64,000 nt of DNA from Longimicrobiales bacterium (lineage in GTDB: Bacteria > Gemmatimonadota > Gemmatimonadetes > Longimicrobiales > Gaopeijiaceae), in the NCBI GenBank assembly GCA_965249725.1, contig CBDFMQ010000002.1, positions 1,120,001 to 1,184,000 of the forward strand, given 5' to 3'. The position numbers and the translations under genes are program-made. Positions 28,169 through 37,502 of the stretch are shown piece by piece. Positions within the stretch are counted from its first letter, which is position 1. Each line of letters opens with the position of its first letter. The notes under the pieces were generated by a model. That model was not told the DNA's origin. It made no database searches and worked only from the letters and a program-made list of their open reading frames with translations.

Positions 28169-28286
28169 CGAAACGTCTCCTTACTTCACTACAGAACAAA
28201 AAAATGCGGGCCGGGAACAGAACCAGCTCTTCCCGCCAAAGCGCTGGTGACGGCGACCGTCTTGACACCACTCCCGTACCCGACAA

Positions 28287-28355
28287 TTCTCACAAATATC
28301 CGACCAGGTCGAATATTTATGTTAGAACAATGGCGTAAAACAAGGAAAATGTCAA
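28287..28355 (-). promoter_or_regulatory. argG promoter with tandem ARG-box-like operators
   Basis: TTGACA (28355-28350) -17 nt- CATTGT; two 18-bp AT-rich boxes (28308-28325, 28287-28304) 3 bp apart; argR adjacent. Confidence 0.65.
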
Positions 28356-28418
28356 GTCCGAGTGACTTAATATAAACTTAGGATTTAACAAGGTTCACGT
28401 ACCCCGGGGAGGGGACGT

Positions 28419-28880
28419 TCAGCCGGGATCTCCGCCCGCAATTTCTATCAGTCGATCGCGTATCGCAGGCATATCTTCCCGGTCCCTGAGAACCACGATG
28501 ATCGTGTCCTCACCGGCCACGGTTCCGACCACCTCCGGCCAGTCTTCCCAGTCGATCGCCGTTGCCAGAGCGGCCGCGCCGGACATCAGCGTGCGAATGA
28601 CGACCAGGTTCTCCGTGCCCTCGGCCGACAGGAAGAGAATGGGCAACAGTGACCCGAGCGGAGGCTTGTTCTCCCACGCCTCGGGGAGTCGATAATGCGA
28701 AACGCCCTGGGCGCCTCGCACCTTCACGAGGCGTAGTTCTCTGATGTCTCGAGAAAGGGTGGCCTGTGTGACCCGGATGCCACCCTCTTCTAGGAGCTCA
28801 CGGAGGGCCTCGTGGCTGGTCACCCGGTTCGATTTCACCAGATCGAGGATGACTGCCTGGCGTTCTTGTTTGCTACTCAC
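28419..28880 (-). CDS. argR: Arginine repressor
   Basis: VTQATLSRDIRELRLVK, GTVAGEDTI. Confidence 0.93.
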   Translation of the reverse strand: MSSKQERQAVILDLVKSNRVTSHEALRELLEEGGIRVTQATLSRDIRELRLVKVRGAQGVSHYRLPEAWENKPPLGSLLPILFLSAEGTENLVVIRTLMSGAAALATAIDWEDWPEVVGTVAGEDTIIVVLRDREDMPAIRDRLIEIAGGDPG

Positions 28881-29337
28881 TGTTCGACACCGTTCCGACG
28901 GCCTGCTCAACCATCTCTCGAATCTTCTCGGGCTCGAATCCGACGCTCCTCGCCATCTCTTCTCCCCGCTTGAAGAGGATCAAGGTTGGCACCCCTCGTA
29001 TTCCGAGACGCTGAACGATGTCCTGCGCCCGATCCGAGTCCACCTTGGCAACCAGCAGTTCACCAGTGTGCTCACCGGCGATCTCGTCCACCAGGGGGGC
29101 CACGAGTTTGCAGGGCCCGCACCAGTCGGCATAGAAGTCGACGAGAACGGGCACGCTCGCCTGCAGAATCGTACGGTCGAAGTCCTCTGCCGTCACTTTC
29201 ACCGGCCGATCCAGGAGCATGGGCTTGCCACAGTCACCACAGGCCGGCCGATCGGAGGCTCGCGCAAACGTGACGTTGTTCAGCGTCAGGCAGAATGGAC
29301 AGCGGAGTGTCACCTGCTCTTCCGAATTGTCACTCAC
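28873..29337 (-). CDS. trxC: Thioredoxin 2 with N-terminal zinc finger
   Basis: CPFC...CGDC and WCGPC. Confidence 0.9.
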   Translation of the reverse strand: MSDNSEEQVTLRCPFCLTLNNVTFARASDRPACGDCGKPMLLDRPVKVTAEDFDRTILQASVPVLVDFYADWCGPCKLVAPLVDEIAGEHTGELLVAKVDSDRAQDIVQRLGIRGVPTLILFKRGEEMARSVGFEPEKIREMVEQAVGTVSNSE

Positions 29338-29480
29338 GCCCTACCTCCTGTCGGGTTGGGAGACCGACCGCACGGAGGGCTGTCTCGTTCCTCCCGACAA
29401 CGCCATGCGGGGCCCAGGGACGATCCCCCGAGCCCCGCACCTAGCCACCATCGACCGAGACTGCTGATGCGGCCGAATCC

Positions 29481-32327
29481 CTAGAACAGATCGTATTTGA
29501 CCTGCGCCATGATGAACCGCCCGATCTCCGGCACGCCGACGAAGCTCCGGTACGGCTCGTTGAACAGATTGGATACCGTCACTTGGAGTGTGGCCCGAGT
29601 GGTCGGGACCTTGTACCCGGCGGTGAGGTCGACCAGCGTAAACCCGGCGACACATTCTTCCTCGAAGAGGATGTCCGCTCTTGGACCCGTCTCGCAGCTC
29701 GTGCCCGTAAAGCCGGCGGACTCCGCCGGGAATTCCGCATTCGCACGGACTCGGGCCTCGGCATTGATGCCTGAGCGCGCGTTCCGGTACGCCAAGCCCA
29801 ATGACCCCTTCAACGCAGGCGCGTTGAGAGCGATAGGTGCGATCGCATTCTCGATCTCGGTCATGTCGAAGTAGTCGTCGCTCACCCACGAACCCGTGGC
29901 CGACAGCGTCCACTCGTCGTTCAGGAACGCCTTCACCGCGAAGTCGGCACCGTACATGTCAAGGTCGCCGGCGTTCACATAGGTGAACAGAAGGTTCGCG
30001 GCGGCGGAATTCACGTTGGAGGCCGAGACGACACCCAGGGGGATCTCCGCCATTCCGGGCACGCCGCCCACGCCATCACCGCCGTCAGCCAGCTGCGTCG
30101 CCTGGGCTACGGCCATCCCCTGCGCCGTGGCCTCATCGAGCAAGCCTCCGGACTGGGCTATGATCGCCTGGGTCAGCGGTCCCACCAGGAATCCTACCAT
30201 GGACGCCCCATCGAGGAGCAGGAGGGGCGTCCGGACCACTAAGGGCGATACGAAGTTTTCCTTCTTGGAGTACCAGACATCAGCCGCCACCAGGATCTTG
30301 TTGTTGATGAGGCCCTGATACCCTATCTCGAACGTCGAGGTGGTGCTCTCCTTGAGCTTCCCGACGTTCGACACGGAACCGGCGGTGAGTGGAGCCACCG
30401 CACCCGTGCTCGCATCCAGATAGTTGAGTCCGATATCCGAGCTGGTCGGACTCAAGCTTCCGAGAAGGCCGGCCGTGGCGGCGTCAATGGCTCCCTGTCC
30501 GGCCAGCACTCCCACGCCCAGCTGCCAAAGGGTGGCCGCGTCGGCCGGGAGAATCTGGCCCGGGCCACCCGGGTTGAACGGCGAGCGTATGCCGACCAAG
30601 CTTCCGTCAGGATTCACGAAAGTGAAGCCCGCGTTGGGTCCTTGAGCACGCACACGGTACCCGAGGGGTCCCAGCGCGCCGGCCGAACCACCAGAAATGT
30701 CCAGGAAGAGGTTCAGCGTACTGGGTGTCGAGAAGGCCCGATTGTAGGTGAAGCGGATGCTGTGATTCTCTTTGGGCTCGAAGACGATGGCCGCGCGGGG
30801 CGAGAAAACGTTGTCCTCGAGCTCGGAGTGCGTGTCGACCCGGCCTGCGAGGATCAGGTCCACCTTGTCGGAGAGCTCCGTCTTGTTCTGCACGTAAGCG
30901 CCCCACTCGGTGATGTTGTCGATGTCCTCGTTGATCCCGTTGATGGTCCCTTCGGTGCGTGGGTCGGTCTTGAAGTAGTCGATTCCGTAGGTGAAGTCAT
31001 ACTTACCGTCCGCCAAGGCCGTACCGTGTTGGATCTGACTGACGAACAGGCGGGACTTGTCCACGAGGGGAGCGCCGTCTCTGAGCAGGAAGCTGTTCGG
31101 ACCCGCGTCACTGGTGTTCAGGTACACCTGGGCGAAGAGACGATCCTTGTTCAGGCGCGTCTGGAAATACTGGTACTTCCAGTCCTCGACCTGGCCCGCT
31201 CCCAACCCGGTGAGCTCGATACCCGTCGCGTTGGTCAGCCCGTAGTTGAAGCTGAGGCGCCCGTCTTCCACAAACGCCCAGTCGGCCCGAGCGTCGACCG
31301 ATTGGCGTGAGAAGTCGTAGTCACGATTGCCGATGTTGACGAGTGCTTGGTCTGCCTCGGACTGAGTCAGACCCCGTGCCAGCCTCTCGGCAACGAACGC
31401 TGCGGGATCGGCATTGGCCGCTGCCCGCTGAGCCTGCTCCTCCGGATCGACGAAGATCCACTCGTTTCCGTCGATGGCCTGCCCTGAGATCTTGAACGCG
31501 AAGTTGTCCGAGAGCCTATGTGCCGTGCGGAAGGAGCCCTGGAGCACTTCTTTCCTGGGTCCGGAACCCAAAGTAACCGTGGTCCCCTCACTGGTGAGCG
31601 GAGACTTCGTCATCATGTGGAGGACGCCGTTCGCCGTCTGAGGACCGTACAGGGCCGAACCGGGCCCGAGCACCACCTCGATCCGCTCCAGGTCGTCATT
31701 GGTGATCGGGACGAAGTGGAGGAGGTTGACCCGCAGGGACGGTACGCCGGCGAGCCGGTTGTCCGTAAGCGCGTGGAGGGCGCCCGAGAAGATGTTGTTG
31801 AAGCCCCGGATCACCACGTTGCTGGACTGCGTCCCGTGCGAGATGACGTCCACACCCGGCACCGCCTTCATGTGGTCCACGAGGGTTACCGCTGGTCGCT
31901 CCTCGATCTCGATCTCACTGACGACATGCGTCGTGGCGGGAGCCTGGGTGTTCTTCTCCGCCTGGCGAGACGCCGTTACCACGATGGCGTTGAGCTCCAG
32001 TGCCTGCGACGTCATGGTTATGTTGAGCGTTGTCGTCGAGCCGGCGCTTATGGAGACCCCGTCCTCCCGGTGATCACGGTAGCCGAGACTCGATACCACG
32101 ACGGCGTAGGAGCCCGACGGTACGGATAGGGTGAACCTACCCGCATCGTTGGTGAGCGTCAGGGCGGTCCCGCTACCCAGGACCTCTACCCCGGCCGAGG
32201 CCATGGGCATGCCCGTCTCCGCGTCGGTGATGGTCCCGGAAAGCGTTCCGGTCTGAGCAGTCGCTGGAATCGTTCCAACTAGAAGGAGTCCCAGCGTCGC
32301 ACCGCACATCGCTAGCTTCAGGCGCAT
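29481..32327 (-). CDS. TonB-dependent receptor with N-terminal carboxypeptidase-regulatory-like domain
   Basis: Signal peptide, IVVTASR, IRGFN, ERIEVVLGPGSALYG, NLFN, terminal YDLF. Confidence 0.92.
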   Translation of the reverse strand: MRLKLAMCGATLGLLLVGTIPATAQTGTLSGTITDAETGMPMASAGVEVLGSGTALTLTNDAGRFTLSVPSGSYAVVVSSLGYRDHREDGVSISAGSTTTLNITMTSQALELNAIVVTASRQAEKNTQAPATTHVVSEIEIEERPAVTLVDHMKAVPGVDVISHGTQSSNVVIRGFNNIFSGALHALTDNRLAGVPSLRVNLLHFVPITNDDLERIEVVLGPGSALYGPQTANGVLHMMTKSPLTSEGTTVTLGSGPRKEVLQGSFRTAHRLSDNFAFKISGQAIDGNEWIFVDPEEQAQRAAANADPAAFVAERLARGLTQSEADQALVNIGNRDYDFSRQSVDARADWAFVEDGRLSFNYGLTNATGIELTGLGAGQVEDWKYQYFQTRLNKDRLFAQVYLNTSDAGPNSFLLRDGAPLVDKSRLFVSQIQHGTALADGKYDFTYGIDYFKTDPRTEGTINGINEDIDNITEWGAYVQNKTELSDKVDLILAGRVDTHSELEDNVFSPRAAIVFEPKENHSIRFTYNRAFSTPSTLNLFLDISGGSAGALGPLGYRVRAQGPNAGFTFVNPDGSLVGIRSPFNPGGPGQILPADAATLWQLGVGVLAGQGAIDAATAGLLGSLSPTSSDIGLNYLDASTGAVAPLTAGSVSNVGKLKESTTSTFEIGYQGLINNKILVAADVWYSKKENFVSPLVVRTPLLLLDGASMVGFLVGPLTQAIIAQSGGLLDEATAQGMAVAQATQLADGGDGVGGVPGMAEIPLGVVSASNVNSAAANLLFTYVNAGDLDMYGADFAVKAFLNDEWTLSATGSWVSDDYFDMTEIENAIAPIALNAPALKGSLGLAYRNARSGINAEARVRANAEFPAESAGFTGTSCETGPRADILFEEECVAGFTLVDLTAGYKVPTTRATLQVTVSNLFNEPYRSFVGVPEIGRFIMAQVKYDLF

Positions 32328-32538
32328 GACACGACCTCTCGATAAAAGGTGAGAGGACCGTTTGGGGACGTGTCCGACCCCAGCAGTCCATACCGTGAGG
32401 CCCCGCTAAGCGCGCCCGGCACCGCCTCACGGGCGAGAGGGACAGACCCCACCGGGTTGCGACGCCAAGGTACACCCGGGACAATAGGTGAGCAACGTTG
32501 TTTTACGCCGCCCTTTAAGCTTTCCCTAACGACCGATC

Positions 32539-33513
32539 ATGAGCTCGATTCCCCATATAGACGACGTGACCGCAGCCCGGGCGAGGATCTCCACGGCGGT
32601 CCACCGAACGCCCACGGTTTCGAGCCGTAGTCTCTCGGAGCTGATCGGGCACCCTGTCTTCTTGAAGTGCGAGAATCTCCAGAAGACTGGTTCGTTCAAG
32701 GTGAGAGGCGCGTTGAACCGCATCTTGGCCCTCGACGACGAGGCCCGGGAACGCGGCGTGGTGACGATTTCGGCGGGGAACCACGCCCAGGCCGTCGCCT
32801 GGGCCGCTACCCGTACTGGGATTACATCGACCGTGGTCATGAACGCCGAGGCGTCGCCGACCAAGGCCCGCGCCACCGAGGGGTACGGAGGGGAGGTCAT
32901 CCTCCAGGGCACGGTATTCGAGGCGTTCGAACTTGCGCTGGAGGTGGCCGAGACGCGCGGACTCACGTTCCTGCACGCCTTCGACGACCCGCTGATCGTC
33001 GCAGGCGCCGGTACACTCGGGCTGGAGATCGTCGAAGACGTGCCTGAGGTCACCACGGTAGTCGTGCCGATTGGCGGCGGTGGGCTCATCTCCGGCGTGG
33101 CCTTGGCTCTCGCGAGCGTCGGTCCGCGGGTCCGCGTCTTCGGGGTCGAACCCGAAGGAGCGTGCGCCATGCGGCAAAGCCTGGACAAGGGCGAGGCCGT
33201 CACGCTCGAAGGCGTGAACACCGTGGCGGACGGTCTGGGCGCACCCATGGCGGGCGAGCTCAACTACGAGATCGTGCGCCGCCACGTGGAGGACGTGGTC
33301 CTCGTGAGCGACAGTGAGATCCAGGAGGCCATGGCCTTCATCCTCGCCCGAGCGAAGCTCCTTACCGAACCGGCGGGGGCCGCCGCGGTGGCAGCCCTTC
33401 TCTCCGGGAGGATCCCACTGTCGGATGGGCCTGTGGTGGCTGTGCTCAGCGGGGGGAACGTCGACATGGACCGCCTCCCCGGTCTCCTGGCTGACGCGCC
33501 CCCTTCAGGCTGA
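32539..33513 (+). CDS. PLP-dependent Ser/Thr dehydratase / serine racemase family, no ACT domain
   Basis: KCENLQKTGSFKVRGA, SAGNHAQ, PIGGGGLISG, SGGN. Confidence 0.9.
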   Translation: MSSIPHIDDVTAARARISTAVHRTPTVSSRSLSELIGHPVFLKCENLQKTGSFKVRGALNRILALDDEARERGVVTISAGNHAQAVAWAATRTGITSTVVMNAEASPTKARATEGYGGEVILQGTVFEAFELALEVAETRGLTFLHAFDDPLIVAGAGTLGLEIVEDVPEVTTVVVPIGGGGLISGVALALASVGPRVRVFGVEPEGACAMRQSLDKGEAVTLEGVNTVADGLGAPMAGELNYEIVRRHVEDVVLVSDSEIQEAMAFILARAKLLTEPAGAAAVAALLSGRIPLSDGPVVAVLSGGNVDMDRLPGLLADAPPSG

Positions 33514-33515
33514 CC

Positions 33516-34262
33516 ATGTGCCGGCTCACCGCATACGTGGGGGACCCCATCGAGGCCGATGCGTTGGTCTTCGGAGGCAGCCACTCCCTATACGAACAGA
33601 GCTACCTTCCGCAGGAGTTGACCTCCGGGACCGTCAACGCCGACGGATACGGAGTCGTGTGGTACCGTGGTGACACTCCGGTTCGAACGGGCGGGACCGT
33701 ACCCATCTGGCAGGACCGAGACTTGCGAGGGGTGCTGGCCGACAGCACCTCCCCGATGATCCTGGCCGCCGTTCGCAACGCGACCCCCGGTATTCCCGTG
33801 GACGACAGCGGCAACCTGCCGATCACCTACGGGAGATGGAGCTTCATTCTCAACGGCTTCGTCGACGACTTCCGGGCGAGCTACATGAGGATTCTCCGGT
33901 CTCGTCTCCCCGACGACCTGTACGGAGGTCTCCTCGGCGCCTCCGACAGCGAGACCCTGTTCCTGCTCGCGGTTTCGGCCCTCCGAGACGGCGCCGACCT
34001 CGGGGATGCACTCGAGCATGTACGCGCCGCCGTCATGGACGTCCTGTCCGGAGAACACCAGGCGCAACTCACCATGGTCCTGGCAGACGGCCAACGACTC
34101 GCCGCCGTCCGCACGGCCTCGGTCGAGAGTGTCAATTCACTCTACGTATCGGCCGGTCACCCCGTGGCCCCGGGTGGCACGCTGTTGGCTTCCGAGCGGT
34201 TGGATGATGACGCCTCGTGGGAGCCGGTGGATCCGCATCGGGTGCTACAGCTCGATCTGTAA
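33516..34262 (+). CDS. egtC: Gamma-glutamyl-hercynylcysteine sulfoxide hydrolase (Ntn amidohydrolase)
   Basis: MCR N-terminal nucleophile, NADGYG, AVRNATPG, NG, DSE, ASE; next to egtB and egtD. Confidence 0.85.
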   Translation: MCRLTAYVGDPIEADALVFGGSHSLYEQSYLPQELTSGTVNADGYGVVWYRGDTPVRTGGTVPIWQDRDLRGVLADSTSPMILAAVRNATPGIPVDDSGNLPITYGRWSFILNGFVDDFRASYMRILRSRLPDDLYGGLLGASDSETLFLLAVSALRDGADLGDALEHVRAAVMDVLSGEHQAQLTMVLADGQRLAAVRTASVESVNSLYVSAGHPVAPGGTLLASERLDDDASWEPVDPHRVLQLDL

Positions 34263-34305
34263 GGAGAGTGCGAGAGCCTCGATCCGAATGCCCGTCGTTC
34301 GGGTG

Positions 34306-35271
34306 TCAGACGGGCGTGCCCAACACCATCGCGTAGAGGCCACCCTCTTCTTCGCACCAACGATCCAGGCGTAGGCCGGACACATCGAACAACCCTTCGA
34401 TGGTCGGGCGGTCGTATTTGCAGCTGAGCTCGGTGCGAATCGTTTCACCTTGCTCGATACGCACACAACAGGAGCCCGGGATCTCCACCTCCTGAAGACT
34501 CAGCGCCTCCAGATGCATCTCGATCCGTCCAAAGTCTTCGGAGTAGAACGCCTTGTGCCGGAAGGCCGAGAGGTCGAAGTCGGTCCCCACCTCGCGGTTG
34601 AAGTTCGCGAGAATGTTGAGGTTGAACCGCTCGGTGATCCCCTGCGCGTCGTTGTAGGCGGCCTCGAGCCGGCCAATGCTCTTCCCCGCTCCCGGTCGGA
34701 GGTCCGCCCCCATCAAGAACGCGTCGCCGGCCTTCATGGATGATCGGACGTTAGCGAGAAGCGCGACGTCGGCCCCCGGCTCGAAGTTCCCCAGCGTGCT
34801 TCCCAACAGGGCGAAGAGCACCGGGGGCGACAGGTCATCGGCAAAGGCGAGCGGCGTGGTGATGTCCTTCACCTGTGGCCGGATCGTCAACGACGGATAG
34901 TCCCGGCCCAGAGCGGCGGCCGTCGCCGCGAGGAACTCTCCGGCGACATCCACGGGCGCATAGACCCGCCCCCGCCCCACCGCCGACATGGCCGACAAGA
35001 GGATCCGCGTCTTCTGAGCGCTTCCGGCACCGAGCTCCACGAGGGAGGTCGGAGCCAAGTCCACGAGCCAATGGGCCACGCTGTCCTGGAGCAGGCGACG
35101 CTCCGAACGGGTCAGGTAGTACTCGGGAAGCTGCGTTATCGCCTCGAAGAGTTCCGACCCCAGCGTGTCGTAGAAGTACTTCGAGGAGAGCTGCTTCTGC
35201 GGTTGCGTCAGCCCCCACCTGATGTCTTCGAGCATACGAGCACGAGCGCCCGCCTCCGCGTTCATCACCAT
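34306..35271 (-). CDS. egtD: L-histidine N-alpha-methyltransferase
   Basis: KYFYD..GSELFEAITQLPEYYLTR, ELGAGS, GSTLGNF, YND..GIT..FNLN, TELSCKY; own ATG at 35271/35265, also in frame with egtB as assembled. Confidence 0.92.
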   Translation of the reverse strand: MVMNAEAGARARMLEDIRWGLTQPQKQLSSKYFYDTLGSELFEAITQLPEYYLTRSERRLLQDSVAHWLVDLAPTSLVELGAGSAQKTRILLSAMSAVGRGRVYAPVDVAGEFLAATAAALGRDYPSLTIRPQVKDITTPLAFADDLSPPVLFALLGSTLGNFEPGADVALLANVRSSMKAGDAFLMGADLRPGAGKSIGRLEAAYNDAQGITERFNLNILANFNREVGTDFDLSAFRHKAFYSEDFGRIEMHLEALSLQEVEIPGSCCVRIEQGETIRTELSCKYDRPTIEGLFDVSGLRLDRWCEEEGGLYAMVLGTPV

Positions 35272-35278
35272 GAGACCT

Positions 35279-36597
35279 TCAGGCGTCCCTGGCACATCGA
35301 AACCCGCTGAAGATCTGACGGCGGATCGGGTAGTCCCAGTTCTGAACGTGCCTCGAATCGCGCCGGTCCGGGTGGCCCAGGCACCGCCACGAAGGACCTT
35401 GTACTCGTTTCCGAAGAAGACCTCGGAGTACTCGGGATAGGGGAAGGTCTCGAATCCGGCATACCCCCCGAAGTCCGACGACGTCCACTCCCATACGTCA
35501 CCGATCATGCCGTAACAGCCTATTGGAGACACGTTGCGCGGGTAACTCCCGACTGGAGCCGTTTGGAACGAGAGGGCGTCGATGTTGGCCAACTCGCGAG
35601 TGGGCGGCTCATCACCCCAGGGAAAGGAACTCTTCGAACCGGCCTTCGGATCCCAGGTTGCCGCCGCCTCCCATTCGATTTCGGTAGGCAGCCTCTTGCC
35701 TGCGAACCTCGCATATGCCTCCGCCTCGTGGAAGCACACGTGGCAGACCGGACGCGACGGGTCGAGCGTCCGCACGCGATCCATGGTGCGCACCGTCCAC
35801 CCTGCCCCGTTTCGCCGCCAGTGCTTCGGCGCTTCGACCCCGGCCTCCTCGAGCCAGGCCCAGCCCTCCTCCGACCAGTGCTCTCGCTCCCGGTACCCCC
35901 CGGCTGCGATGAAATCACGGAAGGCCCCCTCTGTCACAGGCGCGGCGTCGATCGAAAAGGGCGCCAGATCGACTTCGTGCTTGGGCCGCTCATTGTCGTA
36001 GGCCGCGCTCCGATCGTCGGTGCCGACCTCCACTCGGCCGCCCGGAAAGTCCACCATTGCGTCGAACGGATGGGTCGCGGGGGATTCTGGCACCGACCAC
36101 CGATGCGGCGGCGAGTACGGCTCTCCGCGTTTCAGCTGAAGCGTCTGGAGTATCGTCTCGTTGTGCTGATACTCGTGCTGCAGCACCATCCGAAAAACGA
36201 ACCCGTCGCGCAGCAGGGCGTCGTCGCTGGCCATATCGAGCGTGGGGAGCAGATCCATGACGCTGGCCCGGGCCCGCTTCAGCAGCTCACGGCATTCGCC
36301 GAGACCGGGCAGCTCGAGGGAAGCTCGCACGCTCCGGGGGTTCTCGAAGGGATTGTACATGCCTCTGAGTCCTTCGGACCCGTCCGATCCCCGCTCCACA
36401 CTTTCCACCAGCCAGACCTCTTCGAAGTGACCGATATGCCCGAGGTCCCAGATGATGGGGCTCATGAGCGGATCATGCTGTACGAGCAGATCATCGTCCG
36501 AGACGGTGCCGACGAGCAGGAGCGTTCGCTCCCGCGCCTCGGTCAGCAGGTCGATGAGCTCGGCCTCCCCGAGGCGTCGACCACTATGGAGATGCAT
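35279..36597 (-). CDS. egtB: Ergothioneine sulfoxide synthase, with a 1-nt frameshift near 35341
   Basis: SPIIWDLGH, QHEYQHNE, DNERP, RLPTE.EWE, YPEYS; terminal NWDYPIRRQIFSGFRCARDA* is in another frame. Confidence 0.9.
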
Positions 36598-36737
36598 TGG
36601 CTCTACTCCTCTTTCCGACCCCGACCCGTTGCTCGGCGCCAGAAACTAACCCAGCCCGACGGAGCGACGAACCCCAGGCTTCTGCGCCCGGCGGCGGACA
36701 CGGCTGCGGATTCGGCGTTCCCGAGCTATCGTTGGGA

Positions 36738-37502
36738 ATGCTCGACGAAGCCCTACCAGAGGACGCCCCTGCGCTGTCCGCCCAAGCCGTTGAAAAGCGG
36801 TACGGCACCGTGCCCATCCTCGATGGAGTGTCGCTGACCGTGGCCAAGCGTGAGATGATGGCCTTGGTGGGTGAGAGTGGTGCCGGGAAGACCACGCTGC
36901 TCCGCCTGTTCAACCGCATGGTATCAGCCGATTCCGGCGAGGTTGCGATAGGGGGCCGGGAGATCGGGACGCTGAACCCTGTCCGGCTCCGCCGCTCTAT
37001 CGGATACGTGCAGCAGGAGGGCGGTCTCATCCCCCACTGGACGGTGCTACGGAACGTGGCCCTCGTCCCATGGCTGCGCACGATGGGGTCACCCCGGGAC
37101 CTGGCCCTGAAGGCACTGCGGTTGGTCGGGCTCCCTCCGGAGGAGTTCGCCAAGCGACGCCCTCGAGAGCTCTCCGGCGGTGAACGCCAGAGGGTGGCCC
37201 TCGCACGGGCCTTAGCCGCCGAGCCCGAGATCATTCTGCTCGATGAACCTTTCCGTGCGTTGGATGCCATCACACGCGCGGAACTGATCAAGGTCGTACA
37301 GGCGCTGCTCCACGAACTCGGTGTCACCGTGCTCATGGTCACGCACGACATTCGCAGCGCCATCCACATGGCCGACAAAGTGGCGGTCCTTCGGGGCGGA
37401 CGGCTCGAGCAAGTGGCCACTCCTGATGTGATTCGCGACGCGCCCGCCACCGACTACGTACGGCACCTACTCGAGCGGGCCGGCGCCGGAGAGGTCGAAT
37501 GA
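36738..37502 (+). CDS. ABC transporter ATP-binding subunit (OpuCA/ProV/EgtV-like)
   Basis: GESGAGKTT, LRRSIGYVQQ, LSGGERQRV, LLDEPF, VTHD. Confidence 0.9.
   Translation: MLDEALPEDAPALSAQAVEKRYGTVPILDGVSLTVAKREMMALVGESGAGKTTLLRLFNRMVSADSGEVAIGGREIGTLNPVRLRRSIGYVQQEGGLIPHWTVLRNVALVPWLRTMGSPRDLALKALRLVGLPPEEFAKRRPRELSGGERQRVALARALAAEPEIILLDEPFRALDAITRAELIKVVQALLHELGVTVLMVTHDIRSAIHMADKVAVLRGGRLEQVATPDVIRDAPATDYVRHLLERAGAGEVE

Noticed and set aside
34306..36597. Genuine novel EgtB-EgtD fusion, or selenoneine SenA / ovothiol OvoA
   Set aside because: The fusion depends on a frameshift that removes the conserved EgtB tail; no senB or selD nearby; the methyltransferase is EgtD-type.
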